Positions 21,834 through 30,709 of a DNA stretch of 64,000 nt are shown in pieces. How positions within the stretch are numbered: position 1 is the first letter of the stretch; every line of letters begins with the position of its first letter. The notes under the pieces were generated by a model. The model ran no database searches and had not been told where the DNA came from. It was given only the letters and a program-made list of their open reading frames with translations. Source of the DNA: Vicinamibacterales bacterium (lineage in GTDB: Bacteria > Acidobacteriota > Vicinamibacteria > Vicinamibacterales > UBA2999); contig JBFWXO010000027.1 in the NCBI GenBank assembly GCA_050187355.1, forward strand, positions 296 to 64,295. Direction: 5' to 3'. The translations under genes and the position numbers were made by a program.

Positions 21834-23332
21834 CGCGGCATGGTCATCAAGGCCGCCAGCATCTCGATGCCCTCCCACAGGTTCTGCAGCCGGAGGTTTT
21901 CGTCCGGGCCGTGCTGGTTGTTGTCGAAGTTCACGATCGAGACGCCGACCGTCGGCATCTGGTACTGGTCGCTGAAGGTGCCGAAGGGCAGCCCGCCCCC
22001 CAGCGTCGGCAGCTGGACGGGCGGCACGCCGCCGAAGGTCAGCGCCTTCACGACGGCCTGCGCCATCGGGTCGTCCATCGAGACGCGCGACGCCGCCGAG
22101 CCGCGGCGCGGATCGACGCGGGCGATGAGCCGGTGGGTCCGTCGTTCCTCGTCGGTCGGATCACGGCCGGTGACCACGTAGTAGCCCTGGGCCTTCACGT
22201 GCTCGGTGATGCGCGCGTTCACGGTCTCGGGCACCAGGTCCTTGACCATCCGCACTTCCAGCCGCGCAGTCGCCGAGCCGGGGATGGCCGATCGGCCGGG
22301 CACGCCGCTCACGCCGAGTTCCAGGATGCTGAGCGTCGGTTGGTTGAGCTTCACTTCGAGCCGTTCGCCGGGCCGCTCCGGGGTCGCCACGCCGAAGTCC
22401 CGGGCCAGCACGGCCTCCACGTCCGGCGCCGCCGCCAGGGCCTGGCGCTCGGTGGGCGTGAGCGGACGGACGTCCGTGTAGAAGTCCTTGATGAGGACGC
22501 GGCCGTCGTCGTCCTTCATCGTCGCCAGGAGCTTCGACAGGCGCATCGACGGGTCCGGCGCCCAGTTCCCGTAGTTGCCGGAGTGCAGGTCGTGGCGTGC
22601 GCCGAACACCGTCAGCGTGACGCCGGCGCCGCCCCGCACGCCGAAGTACACCGTCGGGCGGCCGCTCGGGTGGCGCGGACCGTCGAGCGTGACGGCCAGG
22701 TCGGTCTTGAGGCTGGCGGCGCGCGCCGCCGCGAAGGTCCGGAAGTTGGCGGACCCGGCTTCCTCCTCGCCGTCGAGCACCACGCGAAGGTTCCACGTGG
22801 GCCCGCGCCCCGACGTCTTGAGCGCCTCGACCGCGTTCAGGAACGCGACAATCGGCCCCTTGTCGTCCGAGGCCGAGCGGCCGTACAGCCGCCACTCGGG
22901 GTCGAACCGCGTGCGCGAGGGATCGTCGGGCACGGCGCCGCCCGGGCCGAAAAGGCACGGGGTGAAGGGCTTGCAGCGCGACCACTCGGAGGCGTCCACC
23001 GGCTGGCCGTCGTAGTGGATGTAGAAGGTGAGCGTCCCGACCGCGTTTGGGACGTCGAGGCTGGCGAACACCACGGGCGAGCCCGGGCCGGCCACGGTCT
23101 CCACCTTGAACCCGCGCGCGGCGAAGCGCTGCTGCAGGTGCTCGGCATTGCGGCGCATGTCGGCGTCGTTGCCCGCCACGTTGGGCAGCGCGACGAGGCC
23201 GCTCAACTCGGCGACGATCGCGCCTTCGTGCGCCGTCCGCCATTCGCGCACGCCCGGCGGCTGCGCCGCCGCCGGCGACGCGGCCAGGACGGCGAGGGCG
23301 CACGCGCCCATGGTGACGAGCTTCGATCGCAT
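21830..23332 (-). CDS. M20 family metallopeptidase (dipeptidase-like), exported
   Basis: Start ATG 23332 ([23 protein letters not shown]) is preceded by [30 protein letters not shown] and LDGEEEAGS are M20 metal-ligand segments. Confidence 0.8.
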   Translation of the reverse strand: MRSKLVTMGACALAVLAASPAAAQPPGVREWRTAHEGAIVAELSGLVALPNVAGNDADMRRNAEHLQQRFAARGFKVETVAGPGSPVVFASLDVPNAVGTLTFYIHYDGQPVDASEWSRCKPFTPCLFGPGGAVPDDPSRTRFDPEWRLYGRSASDDKGPIVAFLNAVEALKTSGRGPTWNLRVVLDGEEEAGSANFRTFAAARAASLKTDLAVTLDGPRHPSGRPTVYFGVRGGAGVTLTVFGARHDLHSGNYGNWAPDPSMRLSKLLATMKDDDGRVLIKDFYTDVRPLTPTERQALAAAPDVEAVLARDFGVATPERPGERLEVKLNQPTLSILELGVSGVPGRSAIPGSATARLEVRMVKDLVPETVNARITEHVKAQGYYVVTGRDPTDEERRTHRLIARVDPRRGSAASRVSMDDPMAQAVVKALTFGGVPPVQLPTLGGGLPFGTFSDQYQMPTVGVSIVNFDNNQHGPDENLRLQNLWEGIEMLAALMTMPR

Positions 23333-23360
23333 CGGCCTACCTCCCGGTTGCGCGCGCATC

Positions 23361-24968
23361 CTACCTCAGCGCCGCGGGCGTCAGCCACCGCTGCACCCGC
23401 GCCAGCACCACGTCCACCACCACGGCCAGCAGCGCCGCTGGAATCGCTCCCGACAGGACCATGCGCGAGTCGGCCAGGGCCAGGCCGGCGACGATGGGAT
23501 CGCCCAGGCCGCCGCCGCCGACGAACGCGGCGAGGGTGGCCGTGCCCACGTTGGTGACGGCCGCCGTCCGGATGCCCGCCATGATGACGGGCATGGCCAG
23601 CGGCACGCGCACCCACCACAACACCTGCCGCCCCGTCATGCCGAGCGCCGTCGCCGCCTCCACGGCCTGCGGATCCGCCTGCCGGACGCCGGTCACCGTG
23701 CCGCGCACGATCGGATAGAGCGAGTAGAGGAACAGCGCCGCGATCGAGGGCACGATGCCGATGCCCAGCACCGGCAGCATGAACGCGAGGAGCGCGATGC
23801 CGGGCATCGTCTGGAGCAGACCGACGCCGCGCGTGGCCGCCTCGGCCGCCGCCGCCCGGTTCAGCGAGAGGCCCAGCCCGACCCCGACCACGATGGCCGC
23901 CACCATCGACAGCCCCGTGAGCGACAGGTGGCGCACGCTCTTTGCGGCCAGCATCTGGCGCTGCGCCCAGAGGTAGGCGAGGAACGAGTCGTCCGGCGCG
24001 GACGCCGCGGCCGGCAGGGCGCCCTCGGCGGCCGGCACCGCCCGTCCGCTCCTCGGCGACACGAGCCCCAGCTCCACGAGCGCGTCGTGCGCGATGTCCC
24101 CGACGGCATCCCCTTCCACCTCGAGCCGGGCGTTCAGCCGGCGCATGCGGTCGACGTCGAGGCGTCCTCCGAGCCGCGACAGCGCGGCGACGACGCCAGG
24201 ATGCTCGCGCGCGATGGCGCCCCGGACGAGCGGCGCGGCGTCGTAGGGCGGGAACACGTGCCGGTCGTCCTCGAGCACCGTGAGCGGATACCGGGACAGG
24301 AGGCCGTCGGTCGAGAACGCGTCGATGAGATCCACCTCCCCCTGGGCGAGGGCGGGATACTTCAGCGCCGGGGCGATGACGCGCACGGACCGCGGAGCGA
24401 GCCCGTAGGTGGAACGCAGCACCGGCAGGCCATCGGGGCGGCCCACGAAATCGGCCGTGAAACCGGCGCGCAGCGTCTCGCTGACCCGGGCCAGGTCGCT
24501 CAGCGAGCGCAGGCCGAGGCGGGTCGCCATCTCGGTCCGGACCGACATGGCGTAGGTGTTCTCGAATCCGAGCGGCGGCAGCCAGCGGACGTCGAAGCGG
24601 CGCTCGGTCTCCCGGGCCACCGTGTTGAACACCACCTGGCGGTCGGTCGACAGCGGCGCCTTGAGGATCACGAGCAGGCCGGTCCCGGTGTACTCGGGAT
24701 AGACGTCGATCTCACCGCGCGCGAGCGCCGGGAACGCGATGTCGGTCGAACCCAGCCCGAGGCGGCGCGTCACGGTGAGCCCGCGCGACTCGATCACCTG
24801 CGCGAAGATCTCGGCCAGCAGGTACGACTCGCCGAAGGGCTTGGAGCCGACGACCACGGGCCGCCCCGGGTCGGCGAGAGGGGCCTGGCCGGCCGCGCCG
24901 GGAGCGCCGAGCACCACGGCGGCGAGGCCCGCGAGTGCCAGCACGACCCGCCGGATCGGGCCGCTCAC
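23361..24968 (-). CDS. Fused ABC transporter subunit: osmoprotectant-type substrate-binding domain (N-terminal) plus permease domain (C-terminal)
   Basis: GTG 24968 overlaps the upstream stop (GTGA). The N-terminal half (VVVGSKPFGESYLLAEIFAQVIESRG...DVYPEYTGTGL) resembles OpuCC/OsmF/YehZ-type binding proteins. The C-terminal half carries a BPD-type permease with an EAA-loop-like segment, EAATALGMTGRQVLWWVRVPLA. Confidence 0.8.
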   Translation of the reverse strand: MSGPIRRVVLALAGLAAVVLGAPGAAGQAPLADPGRPVVVGSKPFGESYLLAEIFAQVIESRGLTVTRRLGLGSTDIAFPALARGEIDVYPEYTGTGLLVILKAPLSTDRQVVFNTVARETERRFDVRWLPPLGFENTYAMSVRTEMATRLGLRSLSDLARVSETLRAGFTADFVGRPDGLPVLRSTYGLAPRSVRVIAPALKYPALAQGEVDLIDAFSTDGLLSRYPLTVLEDDRHVFPPYDAAPLVRGAIAREHPGVVAALSRLGGRLDVDRMRRLNARLEVEGDAVGDIAHDALVELGLVSPRSGRAVPAAEGALPAAASAPDDSFLAYLWAQRQMLAAKSVRHLSLTGLSMVAAIVVGVGLGLSLNRAAAAEAATRGVGLLQTMPGIALLAFMLPVLGIGIVPSIAALFLYSLYPIVRGTVTGVRQADPQAVEAATALGMTGRQVLWWVRVPLAMPVIMAGIRTAAVTNVGTATLAAFVGGGGLGDPIVAGLALADSRMVLSGAIPAALLAVVVDVVLARVQRWLTPAALR

Positions 24969-25711
24969 GCCGGCTCCCCGCCGACGCGCGCGCGCCGGAG
25001 CAGCTCGGCCACGTAGGCGGTCTCCGGGGATCCGGCGAGGAGGGCCGGCGTCGCCACCTGCTCGATGCGTCCGGCGCGCATCACGGCCACGCGATCGGCC
25101 AGCAGGAACGCCTCGTGGAGATCGTGCGTCACCAGGAGCACGGCGATCGGGCTCCTCGCCCGCAGCGCCAGGAACATCGCCTGGAGGTCGCTCCTCGTGA
25201 TGGCGTCGAGTGCGCCGAAGGGCTCGTCGAGCAGCACGATGCGGGGGTGGTCGGCGAGCGCCCGGGCAAAGGCCACGCGCTGGCGCTGGCCGCCCGAGAG
25301 CTCCCGCGGCCAGCGGGCGCCGAAGTCCGCGGCCGAGAGCCCGACGAGGTCGAGCGCCGCGGCGGCCCGCGTCGAGGCGTCGGACCGGCCGGTCAGGGTG
25401 GGGACGAGCGCCGCGTTCCTGGCGACCGTCCAGTGCGGCAGGAGCCCGCCGTCCTGCGGCACGAAGCCGATGTGGCGGCGCAGGGCGACCACGTCGCGGC
25501 CGGCCACCGGCAGGCCGTCCACGTCCACCTCGCCGTCGTCCACGCGGGTCAGTCCGTTGAACGCGCGCAAGAGCGTGCTCTTGCCCGAGCCGCTCTCGCC
25601 CACGAGCGCCACGCACTCGCCGTGCGCGACCTCGATCGACACGCCGTCCAGCGCCGTGACCGGTCCGTAGCGCTTCGACACGGCGACGGCGCGCAGGGCG
25701 GTCTCGGGCAT
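24965..25711 (-). CDS. ABC transporter ATP-binding protein
   Basis: Start ATG 25711 (MPETALRAV). It has Walker A (GESGSGKST), the signature LSGGQRQR, Walker B (IVLLDEPFGALD) and the H-loop (VTHD). Confidence 0.9.
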   Translation of the reverse strand: MPETALRAVAVSKRYGPVTALDGVSIEVAHGECVALVGESGSGKSTLLRAFNGLTRVDDGEVDVDGLPVAGRDVVALRRHIGFVPQDGGLLPHWTVARNAALVPTLTGRSDASTRAAAALDLVGLSAADFGARWPRELSGGQRQRVAFARALADHPRIVLLDEPFGALDAITRSDLQAMFLALRARSPIAVLLVTHDLHEAFLLADRVAVMRAGRIEQVATPALLAGSPETAYVAELLRRARVGGEPA

Positions 25712-25719
25712 CGACGGTG

Positions 25720-26418
25720 CTACAGCCCCGCGAACACGCGCAGCGCGGCGACGGGCGCCGAACGGGCGCCGCCGGCCACCGTGATTCCGCCCGAGCGCCA
25801 GCTCCACCCCGTTTCCGCCGAGACCCCGACCGATCGGCGGCCCACGCCGCCCCGCCACCACCAGCGGAGCCCGGCTCCGGCGGTCCACACCTGACCGGTC
25901 TCCAGGAGCACGTTCGCCTCGTGCAGCTGCCGGAGATACGCCCCGCCCGCGGCCACGTACGGACTGAGGCGGCGCCGCCACGACCAGCGGGCGAGGTCGT
26001 AGGTGACCCGGACCCCGAGCGTGTATTCGTCCACGCGCTCGCTCGCGGTCGCGCCGGCGCCGGCCTCGGCATCGCCCGTGATCGAGGTGGAGAGCGTGGG
26101 ACGCGCGGCCGTGCCGCCCACCTCCAGCGCCAGCGCCCGCGTGACCGGCACGGCGACGGCCACGTCCAGGCGCGGCGCCGCCCCCAGCCGGGAGTCCGTG
26201 CGGAACAGCGTGAAGGCCGGAGGCGTGGACGTCGCGATGGTCGCGGTCCGGGTCTCGGCCGCTGCCGCGCCGAGCGCGTCGGCGCCAGCCCAGCCTCCGC
26301 CCACGCTCACCACGGGCCGCCACGGGCGCCATTCGGGCGCGGCGGATCCGGCGCCCTGCGCCCACGCGGCGCCGGGGCTCATCAGCACGGCGACGACGAT
26401 CGGCAGGAGCCGGCTCAT
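25720..26418 (-). CDS. Small outer-membrane beta-barrel protein
   Basis: Start ATG 26418 overlaps the upstream stop (ATGA). The signal is MSRLLPIVVAVLMSPGAAWA. Alternating hydrophobic strands rich in G, W, Y and R run to a C-terminal LRVFAGL. Confidence 0.6.
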   Translation of the reverse strand: MSRLLPIVVAVLMSPGAAWAQGAGSAAPEWRPWRPVVSVGGGWAGADALGAAAAETRTATIATSTPPAFTLFRTDSRLGAAPRLDVAVAVPVTRALALEVGGTAARPTLSTSITGDAEAGAGATASERVDEYTLGVRVTYDLARWSWRRRLSPYVAAGGAYLRQLHEANVLLETGQVWTAGAGLRWWWRGGVGRRSVGVSAETGWSWRSGGITVAGGARSAPVAALRVFAGL

Positions 26419-27407
26419 CGCCGGCGGACCTCGATGTCCACGGGCCGCGAGGCGCCGCCGGCCTGCACCACCGCGAGCCGGGGCGCGAAGGTGACGGCGA
26501 AGTCGATGTCGATCCGGCTCGGGGTGAAGAAGCTCTCGAGATCCGCGTCGTCGAGCGGTTCCACCCGCAGGACGTAGGGGCCCTCCGGCAGCCCCGCGAT
26601 CACGAAGAGGCCGTCGTCGGACAGCGTGAACCCGCCGACGAGCACCCCCGACTCCAAACCGAACGCGACGACGTGCGCACCGTACACGCCGCGGCCGTCC
26701 TTGAGGACGTGGCCCTGGACGCTGCCGGCCCGCGAGTCGTCGAGTGCGTCGTAGAGGTCCCTGACCCCGGTGATGTCGTCGGCCTGCAGCACCCGGTCCG
26801 CGATGCTCCCCGACGGCCAGGCGATCGGGAACATCACCGCCCCGGTCGACACCACCCGGCGTCCCGAGCCGTTGACCTCGGTCTCGCCGATCGCGGAATG
26901 TCCCAGGCCCAGCAGGTGGCCGAGCTCGTGCAGGGCCACCGACTCGACGTCGTTCGCGCCGGCTTCCCCGCCGGCCGCCGTGGACCAGCGGAACCGCGTG
27001 TTGAAGTAGATGTCCGACTCGATCAGGGCGCCGGTCTCGGCATCCAGGACGAAGGTGGTCGCGCCGAGCACGCGTTCCTGGTCGGGGCGATCGAGGAAGC
27101 CGATGGTCGAGCGGCCGTCCACCTCGAGCGGCAGGCTTCGCGTGAGCCCGCCGCCGGTGAAGGAGATGGGGAGGCCCTCGACGCGCGACCACGTCGCCGC
27201 GGCGCGCCCCACCGCGTCGGCGAAGGCCTGGGCGGTCACGCCGCTGACGTCGCGCTCGGTGATCGCGTACGCGATCGGTCCGGACGCCCAGCGGACGGGC
27301 ACGGTCCGGCCGTTCACGTCGACGCCGAACTTCAAGTACGCGGACGCGCGCATCGGCACCAGGGCCGTCAGCAGCAGCATCAGGGCCGCGAGCCGTCCGG
27401 CGCTCAT
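26415..27407 (-). CDS. Matrixin-type (M10, MMP-like) zinc metalloprotease with a C-terminal carboxypeptidase-regulatory-like beta domain
   Basis: It has a signal peptide, the HELGHLLGLGHS zinc motif and a downstream Met-turn (GAVMFP). The C-terminal segment GSVQGHVLKDGRGVYGAHVVAF...GLPEGPYVLRVEP fits a CarboxypepD_reg-like fold. There is no PRCGxPD cysteine switch and no Cys anywhere in the protein. Confidence 0.8.
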   Translation of the reverse strand: MSAGRLAALMLLLTALVPMRASAYLKFGVDVNGRTVPVRWASGPIAYAITERDVSGVTAQAFADAVGRAAATWSRVEGLPISFTGGGLTRSLPLEVDGRSTIGFLDRPDQERVLGATTFVLDAETGALIESDIYFNTRFRWSTAAGGEAGANDVESVALHELGHLLGLGHSAIGETEVNGSGRRVVSTGAVMFPIAWPSGSIADRVLQADDITGVRDLYDALDDSRAGSVQGHVLKDGRGVYGAHVVAFGLESGVLVGGFTLSDDGLFVIAGLPEGPYVLRVEPLDDADLESFFTPSRIDIDFAVTFAPRLAVVQAGGASRPVDIEVRRR

Positions 27408-27949
27408 CGGGCCGCACCGAGCGCGCGGACGTCGGCGCCGAAGGTATCCAGCGGCCGGGGGGCTCGGGAGACGCTGCCGCGCCGGACCAGGCCGGGCGTG
27501 GACGACACCGGCGAAGGCACGACCAGCTTGCCGGCGCCCGGCGTGCGTTCGACGACGCGGTAGACGCCCAGCGAGAGGCCGACGGGACGCGGCATCGCGG
27601 GCGCACGCCCCGCCAGGAACACCACCACCTCGTCGCCGACGGCGAACACGGGCGCGCCCGGCACGACGACGATGCGTCCACCGGCCTGGCCGCCCGGCAC
27701 GACGAAGGTGGCGGTCTCGGTCGCGGCGCCCTTGTAGGCGTCGAGGACGTCGACCGTCACCGACGACTCGATCGTGCGCCGGTCGCTCGTCCAGCGGGCC
27801 TGGACCTCGCGGACCTGGCCGTGCACCACGGCCACCGACTCGTGCACGAGCTCATCGAAGGTGGCCGGCAGCACCGTGAGGCCGGGCGCGGGACCGGCGG
27901 CCGCGAGGATCGCGGCGGCTAGGCAGGAGATCCAGAGGCGTGGCATCAC
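27404..27949 (-). CDS. Hypothetical secreted protein, translationally coupled to the matrixin gene
   Basis: 181 aa with signal peptide MMPRLWISCLAAAILAAAG. The mature part is rich in predicted beta strands. Its stop overlaps the matrixin ATG (ATGA). I recognise no family. Confidence 0.6.
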   Translation of the reverse strand: MMPRLWISCLAAAILAAAGPAPGLTVLPATFDELVHESVAVVHGQVREVQARWTSDRRTIESSVTVDVLDAYKGAATETATFVVPGGQAGGRIVVVPGAPVFAVGDEVVVFLAGRAPAMPRPVGLSLGVYRVVERTPGAGKLVVPSPVSSTPGLVRRGSVSRAPRPLDTFGADVRALGAAR

Positions 27950-28002
27950 CAGAGTCTACCGCGCGGGGCCGAGCCGCCCTGGACCGCGCCGTCTCGCCCG
28001 CC

Positions 28003-29172
28003 TCACTGCCGGCTGCGCGCGACCTCCAGGACGGCCGACGCCACGCGCGCCGTCGATCCGGGCGGCCCCAGGCGCGCCCGCGTCTCGGCGAGCCGCGCGT
28101 GGGTCCGGTGCCAGCGATCGCGATCGAGCAGCAAGGCGGACGTCTCGGCGGCGATGGCGTCGGGGGTGCACCCGTCCTGGATCAGCTCGGGCACGATGCG
28201 CTCCCCGGCAATCAGGTTCGCCATCGCATAGGTGTCGACGGTCACGAGCGGCTTGCCGAGAGTGTAGGTGAGCGGCGACAGCTTGTACACGACGACCATC
28301 GGCCGTTCGTGCAGCGCGGCCTGGGCGGTCGCGGTGCCCGAGGCGGTGACGACGACGTCGGCCGCGGCGAGCACCTCGTCGGTGCGGTCCGAGACGAGCG
28401 GCAGGCCGGGCCAAGCCCTGGTGAGATCGGCGAACTCCCCGGCCTGACGGCCCGGGGCGCACGCCACGGCGAACTGGACGCCCGGCACCCGGGATGCGAC
28501 GAGCGGCAGGGCGGCCGCCATCACGGGGGCGAGCCGCGAGATCTCGTTGTGCCGGCTGCCGGGCAGCAGCGCCACGACCGGGCGGGCGGGGTCGAGCCCC
28601 AGCGACGACCGGATCGACGCCTGCGCCTGTGCGGCCTCGCCGGGATCCGCGGGCGGCGCCGGCACGGCGTCCACCAGCGGGTGCCCCAGGAACCGCGCCG
28701 GGACACCGGCATCGCGGTACAGGGCCTCCTCGAAGGGGAAGATCGGCAGCGCCAGGGCCACGTGCCGCTGCATTGCCGCCATGCGGCCGGCCCGCCACGC
28801 CCAGAGCTGGGGCGTGACGTAGTACACGACGGGCACGCCGATCGCGGCCAGCCGCGCCATCAGCCGGAAATTGAAGTCCGGGTAGTCGACGACCACGAGC
28901 ACGTCGGGCCGCGTCTCGGCCGCCGCCCGCACGAGCCGCCGCAGCATGCGGAACGAGGCCGGCAACACGCGGAGCGCCTCGGTCAGGCCCGTGACCGACA
29001 GCCCCGCGTAGTCGCCCACCAGGCGTACGCCGGCCGCCCGGCACTGCGGACCGCCGAAGCCGAAGACGTCGGTGCCGGGGGCCTGCTCGCCGACGGCACG
29101 GGCGAGGGCCCCGGCGTAGGTGTCGCCGGAGGGCTCGCCGCACGAGACCATCACCCGCAGCATGCGGTCCAC
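28003..29172 (-). CDS. lpxB: Lipid-A-disaccharide synthase
   Basis: VMVSCGEPSGDTYAGAL, VDYPDFNFRL and YYVTPQLWAWR are LpxB hallmarks. Confidence 0.9.
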   Translation of the reverse strand: MDRMLRVMVSCGEPSGDTYAGALARAVGEQAPGTDVFGFGGPQCRAAGVRLVGDYAGLSVTGLTEALRVLPASFRMLRRLVRAAAETRPDVLVVVDYPDFNFRLMARLAAIGVPVVYYVTPQLWAWRAGRMAAMQRHVALALPIFPFEEALYRDAGVPARFLGHPLVDAVPAPPADPGEAAQAQASIRSSLGLDPARPVVALLPGSRHNEISRLAPVMAAALPLVASRVPGVQFAVACAPGRQAGEFADLTRAWPGLPLVSDRTDEVLAAADVVVTASGTATAQAALHERPMVVVYKLSPLTYTLGKPLVTVDTYAMANLIAGERIVPELIQDGCTPDAIAAETSALLLDRDRWHRTHARLAETRARLGPPGSTARVASAVLEVARSRQ

Positions 29173-29191
29173 GGGCGGTGCGGGGCGGCGA

Positions 29192-30709
29192 CTAGGGCCG
29201 CGCGCCGGGCCGGGCCTTCCGCAGGTCGGCGGCAGTGAGGTCGAGCTGGTTGATGGGAATGCGCTCGATGTTCGAGAAGCCCGCGCCCTCCAGGTCCTTG
29301 ATGAACCGGTCGGCGTCGCCCACGAGCACGACCGAGAGCTGGCTGGGCTTGAGCCACGCCTTGGCCACGCGCTGCACGTCGTCCACCGTGACCGACCGGA
29401 CCCGCTCTGGATAGGCCGGGAGGTCGTCCAGCGGCAGTTCGTAGAAGAGCTGATTGAGGACGCGGCTGGCGATGGCGTCCGGCTCCTCGATCGAGAGCGG
29501 GAAGCTGCCGGCCAGGAAGTCCTGGGCCCCGCGCAGTTCGCCCTCGTACACGCGTTCGCGCTGGAGCCGGTAGAACTCGTCCACGACCGTCCGCACCGCC
29601 TCGACGGTCGCCTCGGTGCGCGTGTCCGTCTCGGCGATGACGGCGCCCGTCTGCTTGTAGGCGTCGAGATCGGCCGATGCGCCGTACGTGAGGGCCTTCT
29701 GCGAGCGCAGCACCTGCTGCAGGCGATTCCCGCCTTCGCCGCCGAGGATCTTCACCACCTGATCCATGACCAGATGATCGGGGTGCTTGCGCGCGAAGAG
29801 GACGTGGCCGGCGCGGATTTCGGTCTGCACGGCGCCCGGCTTGTCGATGACGATGAGCCGCTTCACGGGAGGCGGCGGCTCCACCGGCGCGATGGCGGGC
29901 ACGGTGCCCTTCGCCCACGCGCCGAACACCCGCTCCACCTGGCGAAAGCCCTCGTCAGGCGTCACGTCGCCGACGATCGCGATGAGGGCGTTGTTCGGCA
30001 GGAACCACGTCTTGTGAAAGGCGACGAAATCGGCGCGCGTCAGCGCGGCCAGCGACTCGGCCGTGCCGCCCGACGGCATCCCGTACGGGTGGAACCCGAA
30101 GACCAGCCGCTCGATGACCTGCGACGCGACCGTGTCGGGATCGTCGGCCGCCACCGCCAGCGACGACATGGCCTGGGAGCGCTGCCGCTCGATCTCGGAA
30201 TCCGCGAAGGCGGGATGCAGCACCACGTCGGCCATCAGGTCCAGGGCCTGGCCCAGGCCGTCCTTCATGCTCACCGTGTAGACGTTGGTGAGATCGCTGC
30301 CGGCGCCGGTGCCGAGGATGCCGCCCATGAAGTCGATCTCCTCGGCGATCTGGGCGGCCGACCGGGCGGCCGTGCCCTGGTCGAGGAGCGCGGCGGCGAG
30401 CATCGCCAGGCCCTCCTTGCCCTTGGGATCCTGCGCGGCCCCGGCGCGGATGAGCATTCGCGCGCTGACGATCGGCTGTTCGTCCTGGCTGACGAGCACC
30501 ACCTGGAGCCCGTTGGCCAGCGTGCGGATTTCGTACGGCGGGAACTTGACCGGCTTGGCCGCCAGCGGACGCGGGGGGCGCTCGGTGGGCCAGCGCAGGG
30601 CATCGGCCGGGCGCGGCGCCTGGCCGGCCGACAGCGCCACCGCCCCCACGAGGACGGCGATGGAGACGACGAGCGACGACTGCACGACGTGGAAGGCGCG
30701 GCGGCTCAT
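29192..30709 (-). CDS. M16 family peptidase subunit lacking the HxxEH motif (non-catalytic partner)
   Basis: Start ATG 30709 overlaps the upstream stop (ATGA). It has a signal anchor. The sequence is M16-like in both halves, but no HxxEH motif is present. Confidence 0.8.
   Translation of the reverse strand: MSRRAFHVVQSSLVVSIAVLVGAVALSAGQAPRPADALRWPTERPPRPLAAKPVKFPPYEIRTLANGLQVVLVSQDEQPIVSARMLIRAGAAQDPKGKEGLAMLAAALLDQGTAARSAAQIAEEIDFMGGILGTGAGSDLTNVYTVSMKDGLGQALDLMADVVLHPAFADSEIERQRSQAMSSLAVAADDPDTVASQVIERLVFGFHPYGMPSGGTAESLAALTRADFVAFHKTWFLPNNALIAIVGDVTPDEGFRQVERVFGAWAKGTVPAIAPVEPPPPVKRLIVIDKPGAVQTEIRAGHVLFARKHPDHLVMDQVVKILGGEGGNRLQQVLRSQKALTYGASADLDAYKQTGAVIAETDTRTEATVEAVRTVVDEFYRLQRERVYEGELRGAQDFLAGSFPLSIEEPDAIASRVLNQLFYELPLDDLPAYPERVRSVTVDDVQRVAKAWLKPSQLSVVLVGDADRFIKDLEGAGFSNIERIPINQLDLTAADLRKARPGARP

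Noticed and set aside
27404-27949. Calling the matrixin-coupled 181-aa protein a TIMP homologue
   Set aside because: The resemblance is only an impression of strand pattern. The essential N-terminal Cys of TIMPs is absent from the predicted mature end, and the only Cys lies in the signal peptide. I keep it as a hypothesis to test by structure prediction, not as an annotation.
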